Below, in pieces: positions 28,483 to 37,029 of a stretch of DNA of 64,000 nt. Numbering within the stretch: the first letter of the stretch is position 1; each line of letters starts with the position of its first letter. Both the position numbers and the translations under genes were made by a program. This stretch comes from an uncultured Actinomycetes bacterium (lineage in GTDB: Bacteria; Actinomycetota; Thermoleophilia; UBA2241), in assembly GCA_963725665.1 (NCBI GenBank), contig CAVRZA010000003.1, positions 32,001 to 96,000 on the forward strand, written 5' to 3'. A model generated the notes under the pieces. It saw nothing but the letters and a program-made list of their open reading frames with translations. It was not told where the DNA came from and did no database searches.

Positions 28483-30042
28483 TCACGTCACCTTGATGAG
28501 CAGCAGGGTCAGGTCGTCCGCCGGGGGCATGCCGCCGCGAAAGTCGGCGACCTCGGTGAGGACAGTCTCGAGGATGGCCTCGGGCGCGTCGGCACGCACG
28601 CGGCGCAGGCACGCGCACAGGCGCTCGACGCCGAAAAGCTCACCGGCGGCGTCGCGCGCCTCCGTCACCCCGTCGGTGTAGAGCGCGACGAGGTCGCCGG
28701 GGCTCAGCCTGAGTGTGTCCTCGGGGAAGTCGAGCCCCGGCCGGACGCCCAGCAGGCTGCCGCGGGCCGCCACTCGGCGCTCACCTTCGTCCCCGAACAC
28801 CAGCAGAGGGTTGTGACCGCCGCCGGCCACCGTCAGGCGTCGCCGTGCGGGATCGTAGAGTGCGTACGTGAGCGTGAGGAACGAGGGCAGCGCCTGGCCC
28901 TCGAGGTCGCGCGCGAGGCCGTCGTTCACCTCTGCCAGCACGCGGCCCGGCGAGCGTCGCGCGCGAGCCGCCTGGTGCAGCAGTGAACGAGCCATGGCCA
29001 TGATGAGGGCCGCCGCGAGCCCCTTGCCCATCACGTCGCCGCAGGCGATCGCCAGGTGGCCGTCGTCGAAGTCGAGGAAGTCGTAGTAGTCGCCGCCCAT
29101 CTCCGTCATGAACTCGATCCGGGCGGCGAACTCGAGGCCCTCGACCACAGGGGACTCCTTGGGCAGCAGGTCGAGCTGGATCTGTCGGGCTCGCTCGATC
29201 TCGGCGGCCACTTTGCGCTGCGTCTCGGCGAGCCGCTCGTGGAGCCGCGCGGTGGCTACGAGCTCGTCCTTGAACGACGCCAACGCCGCGGTGTGGGACT
29301 CGCGATCGCGGGCGCGGCTGGCGTAGATCTCGTAGGAGTAGTAGATGAGGAACAGCGGTGGCAGGGCGAGCAGTAGACCGGGAAGGCCGAGCGCGAGGTA
29401 GAGGCCGGCCACGAGCAGGCTGAGCGACGCACCCGTGAGGTAGCTCGGCAGCCCCCATTGGTAGTTGCGCTGCCACACGCGCAGGGCGCTCTCGCCAGTC
29501 GCCAGCGCGATGACGCCGGCAAGCACGACCGTGTTGGCCAGGAAGTCGACGCCAGTCGCGGCGAACGCGGGTAGCACGCGGTCGGTGAAGGTGGCCGTCA
29601 GGGGCACGAGGGCGACGTACAGCGCACCGCCGAGGAACGTCGAGAGCACGTGGTTGGCCACGTTGAAGACGATCTTCTGGGGGTCGTGCGTGAGCCAGGC
29701 CGTGGCGAGCCCCGAGGCGATGGCCACAAGGAGGGCGGGGAAGAGACCGAAGACGATCAGGGCGGCGAGGATGAGGACGAACGACAGCGTCACCACGCCG
29801 ACGCCCGGCAGGCGGACCTCGCGCAGATCGGCGAAGGCGGCGAGGGCGATGAAGGCGATGAGGGCCGGCGTGACCTCTCCGCTGTGGCCGGCCAGGGCCA
29901 GGCCGACCACGGCCGCGGCGACAACGGCGGCTACGTACAGTGAGACGGCCGCGCGTTGCCGCGCGGCCGTCTCACTGCCGGGCTGCGCTGGGGCGCCGAC
30001 TACTGACCGTCGATCATCGTCGTCCAGGAGTACTTGGTCCAT
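28483..30042 (-). CDS. membrane-anchored SpoIIE/PP2C phosphatase (start uncertain)
   Basis: About 7 TM helices, coiled coil ARQIQLDLLP, GGDYYD, GDVMGKG, YTDGVTE, DDLT; the nearest in-frame ATG upstream of the first TM helix is at 30042, inside the upstream gene. Confidence 0.88.
   Translation of the reverse strand: MDQVLLDDDDRRSVVGAPAQPGSETAARQRAAVSLYVAAVVAAAVVGLALAGHSGEVTPALIAFIALAAFADLREVRLPGVGVVTLSFVLILAALIVFGLFPALLVAIASGLATAWLTHDPQKIVFNVANHVLSTFLGGALYVALVPLTATFTDRVLPAFAATGVDFLANTVVLAGVIALATGESALRVWQRNYQWGLPSYLTGASLSLLVAGLYLALGLPGLLLALPPLFLIYYSYEIYASRARDRESHTAALASFKDELVATARLHERLAETQRKVAAEIERARQIQLDLLPKESPVVEGLEFAARIEFMTEMGGDYYDFLDFDDGHLAIACGDVMGKGLAAALIMAMARSLLHQAARARRSPGRVLAEVNDGLARDLEGQALPSFLTLTYALYDPARRRLTVAGGGHNPLLVFGDEGERRVAARGSLLGVRPGLDFPEDTLRLSPGDLVALYTDGVTEARDAAGELFGVERLCACLRRVRADAPEAILETVLTEVADFRGGMPPADDLTLLLIKVT
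29938..29977. other. perfect 18-bp hairpin at the protease/phosphatase junction
   Basis: CAGTGAGACGGCCGCGCG-GCAA-CGCGCGGCCGTCTCACTG on the minus strand (GNRA loop). Confidence 0.8.
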
Positions 30043-31628
30043 GAGTACTTCGTCCACGAGTACTTGGTCCACGAATACTTCGTCCAGGAATACTTCGTCC
30101 ATGAGTACTTGGTCCATGAGTACTTGGTCCACGAATACTTCGTCCACGAGTACTTCGCCCAGTTCACCAGCACGTCGGGAGGCAGGATGGTCGAGCCATC
30201 GCCAAGGTCGGCCGAGAGCGCCGGCCCGTCAGCTCGCATGTGGTTGGCGAGCACCGACGGCGTGTCGACCGCGCCGGCCCCCTGCACCGCCGACGACACA
30301 CCGGCCAGCGGACGCGCGCTCGCCATCAGGCGCACCTTCACGTCGTCGGGCGTGAGTCTTGGGTCGCGCTCGAGCATGAGGGCGGCGACTCCGGCCACGA
30401 CCGGCGCGGCTGTGCTCGTCCCGGAGAGCTTGAAGTAGGCAGGCTTCTCCCAAGCGGGAGCGGTGGGAGCGTAGAGGGACACCGGGATGCGGTTGTCGGG
30501 CCAGGTGCGGTCGACGAAGCTGCCCTTCACACGCAGCGAGATCAGACGGTTGCCGGGTGCGACGATGTCGGGCTTCGCGAACTCGTCGAACAGCGTCGGT
30601 CCGATCGAGCTGTAGCCGCACACGGCGTCGTCGTCGAGCGTCGCCGTCTGCTTCGTATCGAGCGCGCCGACGGTGATCGCCAACGGGTCGTTGCCGGGAG
30701 AGAGGATGCCGCCGTTGCCGAACTCACCTTCGTTGCCGGCGGCGCAGATGACGACGATGCCCGCTCTCCACGCGGCCTCCACGGCCTTTGCCAGGGGATC
30801 GTCCGAGACCGGCCCGGGAATGTCCCCGCCGGCCGAGATGTTCAGCACCCTGATGTGGTACTCGTTCTTGTGGCGGATGGCCCAGAGGATGCCCCTGATC
30901 ACGTCGGAAGCTCTACCCTGCCCGTACCTGTCGAGGACCTTGATGGCGACGATGTTGGCGCCGGGAGCGACGCCGCGGAACTGCTGCGTCGCGTAGCCGC
31001 CCTGATCGACCGGCAGCGAGGCGGTGCCGTCGCCTGCGATCAAACCGGCGACGAACGTGCCGTGCCCGGCGTCGTCGTACGGATGTCTCTTGCCCTTGAC
31101 GAAGTCGACCCAGCCGACGAGGCGCGAGCCATGAAGGTCGGCGGTCTCGTCGATGCCGCTGTCGATCACGGCGACCGTGACCCCCCTGCCCGTGGGTCCG
31201 CCGTCCCAGGGGGCGGGCAGCCGACCCAGTCCTATCGTCAGATTGGTCACGTCCATGGTGCTCGCGTAGTCGGCGGCGAACACGGTGGGGTCGGACGTGA
31301 TCGCAGTGACGTAGGGAAGCTCCGCCAGGGAATCGACCTGCTCCGCCGTGAGGGGTGCAGCGGCGGCCTTCACCACGTCGAGGGGCTCGGCGTCCGGAGT
31401 GGACGAAAGCGCCCCCATCACGTCGTCGACGTGTCCCGGCGCGTAGACGATGACGGGGACGGCCTCGCCGGGCGAGGCGGCCAGCGCCGCCGTGACTGCG
31501 GGGTCGACCTTCGTCGCCGTGTCAGGCCTCGCCGTCGGCGAGCCCCACTTGGCCGCCCACGCCGGCGAGGCCAGCGCGAGCAGCAGAAGGAGTGTGACCG
31601 CGACCGCGGCCTGGTAGCGCCTTCTCAT
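30000..31628 (-). CDS. secreted S8 subtilisin-like serine protease with C-terminal (KYSWT)x9 tail
   Basis: Sec signal MRRRYQ...ASPAWA; VAVIDSG, HGTFVAG, AAGNEG, SGTSTAAP catalytic motifs; GGAGG RBS. Confidence 0.93.
   Translation of the reverse strand: MRRRYQAAVAVTLLLLLALASPAWAAKWGSPTARPDTATKVDPAVTAALAASPGEAVPVIVYAPGHVDDVMGALSSTPDAEPLDVVKAAAAPLTAEQVDSLAELPYVTAITSDPTVFAADYASTMDVTNLTIGLGRLPAPWDGGPTGRGVTVAVIDSGIDETADLHGSRLVGWVDFVKGKRHPYDDAGHGTFVAGLIAGDGTASLPVDQGGYATQQFRGVAPGANIVAIKVLDRYGQGRASDVIRGILWAIRHKNEYHIRVLNISAGGDIPGPVSDDPLAKAVEAAWRAGIVVICAAGNEGEFGNGGILSPGNDPLAITVGALDTKQTATLDDDAVCGYSSIGPTLFDEFAKPDIVAPGNRLISLRVKGSFVDRTWPDNRIPVSLYAPTAPAWEKPAYFKLSGTSTAAPVVAGVAALMLERDPRLTPDDVKVRLMASARPLAGVSSAVQGAGAVDTPSVLANHMRADGPALSADLGDGSTILPPDVLVNWAKYSWTKYSWTKYSWTKYSWTKYSWTKYSWTKYSWTKYSWTKYSWTTMIDGQ
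30021..30155 (-). repeat. nine 15-bp coding repeats encoding KYSWT
   Basis: Units start every 15 bp from 30021 to 30141; all differences are at third codon positions. Confidence 0.97.
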
Positions 31629-31741
31629 GGTCCGTCCCTCCACACCCTGCTCCGTTGGCTTCGCCGCTCTCGCCGAACGAGCGGGCTGGTCCTGTCGCGA
31701 AGGGGCGCCCGTGCCGGAAGGCCGTGAGGAGGGTCGGGTGG

Positions 31742-31820
31742 TTCGGCGGCCGAGCTATCTTGCCGTCGGGCAAGACCTCTAGCTTTGCGTCCCTGCCTCA
31801 CAGCAGGTTTGCCCTTTCGT
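31742..31820 (-). promoter_or_regulatory. c-di-GMP-I (GEMM) riboswitch
   Basis: Minus strand GAAAGGGCAAACCTGCT-GTGA-GGCAGGGACGCAAAGCTAGAGGTC...GATAGCTCGGCCGCCGAA matches the GGCAAAC...GACGCAAAGC...GATAGC...CCGA consensus. Confidence 0.88.
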
Positions 31821-32161
31821 TGGGAGAAGTATCGACTGCGCGGCGCGACAAGATTAGACGAACGTTCTACATGTGTAGCCGGTGCGGCGACGTATCCAGC
31901 GCAAGAGGCGTCCGGAGGGCCGACGCCCTGTCAAGGGGCCAAGAACATGGGATTCAGCTACAGGAAACGTACTCTACGCAGGCTTTACACTGAATGGAGT
32001 ATGCCAAGGTGTACTACCCTTCGGAAGCCTTGTTTGGGCGATGGTAAGATAGCCCGGTCAACAGGGGCCAGCGGCAGGAGGATCGGCGGTGACCCTCAGC
32101 AGCCGTGTTGCGCTGGGGTGACGGTCCGGCGGGGTCGGGAGCTACGAGGGAAAGGAGCGCC

Positions 32162-33517
32162 ATGAGTCGGACGGACGGCCTCTACACGGCGGTGCAGAGG
32201 CGCCTCATCACCGAGATCCTCAAACTGGCGACGAGCGACAACAAGAAGAACATCGTGCGCGCCTTCGAGCTGGCCGAGAGGATCACCCCCGACAACCACA
32301 AGTACGAGATGCGCTTCGTCAGGGAGAAGGTCGAGACCGACCACCCCGCCCTCAACATCGCGCGCCACGTCATCAACCTGACGCCCAAGTGCCGCGACGG
32401 CTTCATCAACGCCTTCGTCTTCAACTGTCTTCTTCGCGGTTCGCAGAAGCGTCAGGACTTCAACAAGCGCACCGGCATCCCGACGCCGTTCGTGGTGCTC
32501 ATGAGCCCGACGATGCGCTGCAACCTCACCTGCGAGGGCTGCTACGCCGCCGAGTACTCGCCCGACAGCGACATGACCACCGAGCTCATGCAGAGTATCG
32601 TCGAGCAGGCCAACGACATGGGCGTCTACCTGTTCACGATCCTCGGCGGCGAGCCCTTCGTGCGTGAGGACCTGCTCGACTTCTGCGCCGCCAACCCCGA
32701 CGCCTACTTCCAGATCTATACCAACGGCACGCTCCTCGACGACGAGACGATCGCGCGTATGGCCGACGTCGGTAACGTGGCGCCCATGCTGAGCATCGAG
32801 GGCGACGAGGAGATGACCGACGAGCGCCGCGGGCACGGTGTGTACCGGGGCCTCATGGAGGCCATGAACAAGCTGCACGACGCCGGCATCCTCTTCGGCT
32901 ACTCGGCCACGGTGACCAAGAAGAACTGGTCGATGCTGGTCAGCGACGAGTTCGTCGATCCGCTCGTGGCCAAAGGCGCCTCGATCTCGTGGCACTTCCT
33001 CTACATGCCGGTGGGCCGCGACCCCGACACGACCCTCATGCTGACCCCGTCTGAGCGCAACGAGTTCCGTCTCGGCATCGACCGCATCCGCTCGACCAAG
33101 GCGATGTTCCCCATCGACTTCTGGGGCGACGCGCCGTGGGTCAAGGGCTGCATCGCCGGCAAGCACTACATCCACATCAACAACGAAGGCTGGGTCGAGC
33201 CCTGCATCTTCTGTCACTTCGCCACGCACAACGTCAAGGAGTCGACTCTGGCGGAGGCCTTCGGGGCGCCCTTCTTCCAGGAGATCCGCAGGCGCCAGCC
33301 GTTCAACCACAACCTGCTCATGCCGTGCATGCTCATCGACAACCCGACGATCTCGCGCGAGATCGTCGAGGTGACGGGGGCTCGTCCCACGCACGACGGC
33401 GCCGAGGTGATGCTCACCGAGCTGCGCAAGGAGCTCGACGAGTACGCGGCCGAGGTCGAGCGCGTCTACGACCCGATCTGGTCGTGCATGTCCGGCAAGA
33501 AGCCTGAAGAAGACTGA
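32162..33517 (+). CDS. radical SAM/SPASM domain protein
   Basis: CNLTCEGC, GGEP, TNG, and SPASM CIAG...VEPCIF...PCMLID; AAAGGAG RBS. Confidence 0.92.
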   Translation: MSRTDGLYTAVQRRLITEILKLATSDNKKNIVRAFELAERITPDNHKYEMRFVREKVETDHPALNIARHVINLTPKCRDGFINAFVFNCLLRGSQKRQDFNKRTGIPTPFVVLMSPTMRCNLTCEGCYAAEYSPDSDMTTELMQSIVEQANDMGVYLFTILGGEPFVREDLLDFCAANPDAYFQIYTNGTLLDDETIARMADVGNVAPMLSIEGDEEMTDERRGHGVYRGLMEAMNKLHDAGILFGYSATVTKKNWSMLVSDEFVDPLVAKGASISWHFLYMPVGRDPDTTLMLTPSERNEFRLGIDRIRSTKAMFPIDFWGDAPWVKGCIAGKHYIHINNEGWVEPCIFCHFATHNVKESTLAEAFGAPFFQEIRRRQPFNHNLLMPCMLIDNPTISREIVEVTGARPTHDGAEVMLTELRKELDEYAAEVERVYDPIWSCMSGKKPEED

Positions 33518-33538
33518 CGCGGCGCTTGTAGATGATGA

Positions 33539-33572
33539 GGCGGGGGCGGCGCCGGTAGGCGCCGCCCCCGCC
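33539..33572. repeat. REP-like palindrome/terminator, copy 1
   Basis: GGCGGGGGCGGCGCC-GGTA-GGCGCCGCCCCCGCC; near-identical copy at 34248-34280. Confidence 0.7.
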
Positions 33573-33660
33573 GTTTCCGTTTCGGCGCCGCGTGGTACTG
33601 TCTAGGCTCCCGTTGCAGGACAAGGCTGCGTCGGGCTCTGTCGGGTACCAGGAGGTCAAC

Positions 33661-34239
33661 GTGGAGCCACAGCATCGCGCCGCCGCGAGTAGCGCCCTCC
33701 GCGCGGCAGTCGGCGCTTCTCTCATCACCGCCCGCGCCGCCCTGTGGGTCGCTCCTCTCGTCGTCCTTGTCGCGGCGGTGGCGCTCGTCGTCGGTTGCGG
33801 CAGCACGACCGTGACGACGCTGTCGCCAGCGGCGAGCGTGTCACCGAGCGCGAGTCCGTCGTCGGCGCTGCCTGTCTACGACGAGTCGATCGGTGGCATC
33901 TATCAGATCGCCGGCGTCGAGCTCGAGCCGGGCGACGATACCGTGCGGCTGGTCTTCGTCGCGCCGGCGGCCGCCGAGCGGCCGCTCGTGCGACTGCGGC
34001 CGAGAGCCGGCGCCGTCGACATCGTGATGACCGACTCACGACCGCTGCCCGCCGTCGTCCACACGTACCCCGGCGGCGACGGCCCGATCGTCAGAGGGCG
34101 GTTCGTCTTCCCGCCCGACGACGCGACGGTCTACTTCCGTCTCAGGCTGCGCGGCGGGGCGACGGACGATGCCAGCTCCATGGTGTGGGAGACGCTCAGC
34201 CCGAGTGTCATGCGGCTCGCTGTGAAGGTGAGCCACTGA
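33661..34239 (+). CDS. hypothetical lipoprotein
   Basis: GGAGG RBS, hydrophobic stretch ending LVVGC, Ser/Thr/Pro linker. Confidence 0.6.
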   Translation: MEPQHRAAASSALRAAVGASLITARAALWVAPLVVLVAAVALVVGCGSTTVTTLSPAASVSPSASPSSALPVYDESIGGIYQIAGVELEPGDDTVRLVFVAPAAAERPLVRLRPRAGAVDIVMTDSRPLPAVVHTYPGGDGPIVRGRFVFPPDDATVYFRLRLRGGATDDASSMVWETLSPSVMRLAVKVSH

Positions 34240-34247
34240 CGTGGCTG

Positions 34248-34280
34248 GGCGGGGCGGCGCCGGTAGGCGCCGCCCCCGCC
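34248..34280. repeat. REP-like palindrome/terminator, copy 2
   Basis: GGCGGGGCGGCGCC-GGTA-GGCGCCGCCCCCGCC. Confidence 0.7.
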
Positions 34281-34382
34281 CGTCGTCGCCTCCCGTTCAT
34301 TGGACCGCGCCTCGCAACCGTCGTCTGGACTCTCTCGTCCGTGACCGCTAAGGTTTGGCGCGTGCCTGTCGAGTAGGGGAGG

Positions 34383-36920
34383 GTGAGCATGGACCCGAAC
34401 GAAGGCATGCGCGGCGGCGGTCTCAAGTGCGTTCCCCGAGCGGTCGCTCTCTCCACGCGGCACCCCAGACGGCCTCACAGGAAGCGCGCGGGGCGGCTCG
34501 CCCTCGTGACGTCGCTGGTCGCGGCCGCCGCGTTCTGCGCGGTGTGGTCCGCACCGCGCGTCAGCGCGTCGGCCTCCTCGTGGCTCGCCACTCCCACAAC
34601 TACGGCGCGTCTGGTCGCCGTGCCGCTGCCCGCCGCGGTAAGCGGCGCGAGCGGCGCGCTCCGCCTTGGCGCCGACGGCGGCGCCGCTCGCGCCGCCTCC
34701 CCGCGTGCGATCGACGCCGGTCTGCGCTTCAACATGCTCGGCGTGCTGCTGAAGAGCAGTCGTCCCTACGACCCAGATCTCGACGTGCGCGTGAGGACGA
34801 GCCTGGACGGCGTCACCTGGAGCGATTGGATGCGCCTCCGGTTCGTGAGGAGCGAGGGCACACCGGGAAGCGCCTTCGACCGCAACGACACCTGCTCCGA
34901 ACCGTTGTGGGTCGGTGAGGCCCGCTACCTGCAGTACACGGTCGGGCTGACCTCGGGCGCTACCGCGGTCGACGTGTCGAACGTGCGCTTCTCGTTCATC
35001 AACACGCTCGGTGACGCCGGTGCGGGCGACGCGCTCGTGAGCACGCTGAAGCGCAGCCTGTCGTTCGTCGCCGGCATCGGTCATGTGACGCCGGCGCTCT
35101 CCCTGGCCGCTCGTCCGCCGATCGTGACACGGGCCCAGTGGGGCGCCGATGAGAGCCTGCGCTCCGGCAGCCCCAGCTACGCCGCGCTACGCATGGTGTT
35201 CATCCACCACACGGCCGGCGGCAACAGCTACTCGCGGTCAGAGGCTCCGGCAGTGGTGCGCGGCGTCTACTACTACCACACGCGCGTGCACGGCTGGTCG
35301 GACATCGGCTACAACTTCCTCGTCGACCGCTACGGCACCATCTACGAAGGACGCTACGGAGGCATGACGCGCGGAGTCGTGGGTGCGCAGGTTCTCGGCT
35401 TCAACACGCACAGCGCCGGCGTCTCGGTGATGGGCACGTTCGATCAGGCGCCGCCACCGGGTGCGGCCGTCTACGCGCTCGAGAAGTTGATCGCCTGGCG
35501 GCTCGACGTGGCCCACGTGAACCCGCTCGGCCAGGCACGCATGACCTGCTCGACGAGCGATCGGTACGCCGCGGGCAAGACCGTCACCTTCCCGGTCATC
35601 GCCGCCCACCGCCAGGCCAACTACACGAGCTGCCCGGGGAACGCCTTCAACGCCGTTCTACCGGAGATCCGCGCCGCGGTGGCGCAGCGGGGTCAGCCGA
35701 AGATCTACGCTCCCTCCTCGTCGGCCACGGCCCTCAGCCCCGACGGTGACGGTGTCGGCGACATCGTCACGCTGACGGCGGTGCTGTCCCAGACGGCGGA
35801 CTGGACGATCGACATCGAGGGCACGGGAGGGGCCGTGGTGCGCCAGTTCTCCGGTCGGGGCAAGGCCATCGAGGCGTCATGGGACGGACGCGACGGGGAT
35901 GGAGCACCGGTCGCCGACGGTCCCTACGACATAGTCATGACCGGCTCGAACGCCCACGGCGTGACTAGGTCGGCGGTGGTGAGGATCATCGTCGACACGG
36001 TGCCGCCGACGGTCAGCGGGGTGGGCGCGACACTGGCCGTGAGCCCCAACGGCGACGGTATCGGCGACGTGAGGGCCGTCGCTTATGCGGTGAACGAAGC
36101 GGGGCGTGTCCGGGTACGGGTCTACGACAAGGATGACGTCCTGGTGCGCACTGTTCTTGCGGCGCTGTGGGTATCGCCGGGCTCTCACTCGGTGACGTGG
36201 GACGGCAAGGTCTCCTCTCCATCGGGCCTCGTGCCCGCGCCCAGCGGAAGCTACACGGTGCGCGTCAGGGAGGTCGACGCCGCCGGCAACGCCGGCAGCG
36301 GCAGCGGGCCGGCCAAGGTGAATCTGACCCTCGGATTCCCCAAGGCGGCGCCGCGCTACTTCTCGCCCAATGGCGACGGTGTTCGCGATACCAGCCTGCT
36401 CGGCTTCAAGCTTGCCCTGGCCGCATCGGTCAAGGTCGTCGTCAAGGACGCCTCCGGGGTCGTGCGCAGCTTCTCTCTGGGCGCTCTGCAGCCGGGCGCC
36501 GCCGGCGCTACCTGGGACGGCAACACCGATGCCGGCAGGGCTCCCGGCGGCGGCTACACGTTCACCGTCACGGCCACCAACTCCCTGGGCGCCATCACGG
36601 TGTCGGGCCCCATCTCCCTCGACCGCTACGTCCCCCGGTCGAGCGTGCCGGCCGACTTCTCGATCGCCCGCGGCAGCAGGATCGGCTACGTCTACTCGGT
36701 GAAGGACCCGTACGCGAAGGACGTGTACGTGCACGTCGAGGTACGCAGCGGCAAGGGCGTCCTTCTCGCGAACCTCATCCCCGGCTGGGTGATGACGGGC
36801 GTGCGGCACAAGATCTCGTATCGGCCGCCGGGCCGCGGCACGTACGTCTTCACGCTCTACGCCCGGGACCGCGCCGGCAACGTGGCCGCGCCGGCAACGA
36901 CTACCGTCAAGGTGCGCTAG
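34383..36920 (+). CDS. N-acetylmuramoyl-L-alanine amidase (Amidase_2) with FlgD-Ig-like repeats
   Basis: TRAQWGADE, IHHTAG, WSDIGYNFLVD, HRQ...TSCPG; three SPxGDG...WDG repeats. Confidence 0.88.
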   Translation: MSMDPNEGMRGGGLKCVPRAVALSTRHPRRPHRKRAGRLALVTSLVAAAAFCAVWSAPRVSASASSWLATPTTTARLVAVPLPAAVSGASGALRLGADGGAARAASPRAIDAGLRFNMLGVLLKSSRPYDPDLDVRVRTSLDGVTWSDWMRLRFVRSEGTPGSAFDRNDTCSEPLWVGEARYLQYTVGLTSGATAVDVSNVRFSFINTLGDAGAGDALVSTLKRSLSFVAGIGHVTPALSLAARPPIVTRAQWGADESLRSGSPSYAALRMVFIHHTAGGNSYSRSEAPAVVRGVYYYHTRVHGWSDIGYNFLVDRYGTIYEGRYGGMTRGVVGAQVLGFNTHSAGVSVMGTFDQAPPPGAAVYALEKLIAWRLDVAHVNPLGQARMTCSTSDRYAAGKTVTFPVIAAHRQANYTSCPGNAFNAVLPEIRAAVAQRGQPKIYAPSSSATALSPDGDGVGDIVTLTAVLSQTADWTIDIEGTGGAVVRQFSGRGKAIEASWDGRDGDGAPVADGPYDIVMTGSNAHGVTRSAVVRIIVDTVPPTVSGVGATLAVSPNGDGIGDVRAVAYAVNEAGRVRVRVYDKDDVLVRTVLAALWVSPGSHSVTWDGKVSSPSGLVPAPSGSYTVRVREVDAAGNAGSGSGPAKVNLTLGFPKAAPRYFSPNGDGVRDTSLLGFKLALAASVKVVVKDASGVVRSFSLGALQPGAAGATWDGNTDAGRAPGGGYTFTVTATNSLGAITVSGPISLDRYVPRSSVPADFSIARGSRIGYVYSVKDPYAKDVYVHVEVRSGKGVLLANLIPGWVMTGVRHKISYRPPGRGTYVFTLYARDRAGNVAAPATTTVKVR

Positions 36921-37029
36921 CCGCTCGACGAAGCGTGCGTGTCGGCGCCGCGCTAGTGTCGCCGACGGCGGTCGACCTGAACTTTCTACAGGATTCAAGT
37001 CGCCGCAGCGTCCTGACGATGATGGCGAC

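Noticed and set aside
30021-30155. CRISPR, non-coding VNTR or assembly artefact
   Set aside because: The period is 15 bp, in frame within a CDS, and variation is synonymous only.
32162-33517. Radical SAM/SPASM as a RiPP maturase for the KYSWT repeats
   Set aside because: It is divergently transcribed, looks like a common stand-alone family, has no evident RRE, and the repeat protein is Sec-exported. Not supported, though a synteny check is cheap.
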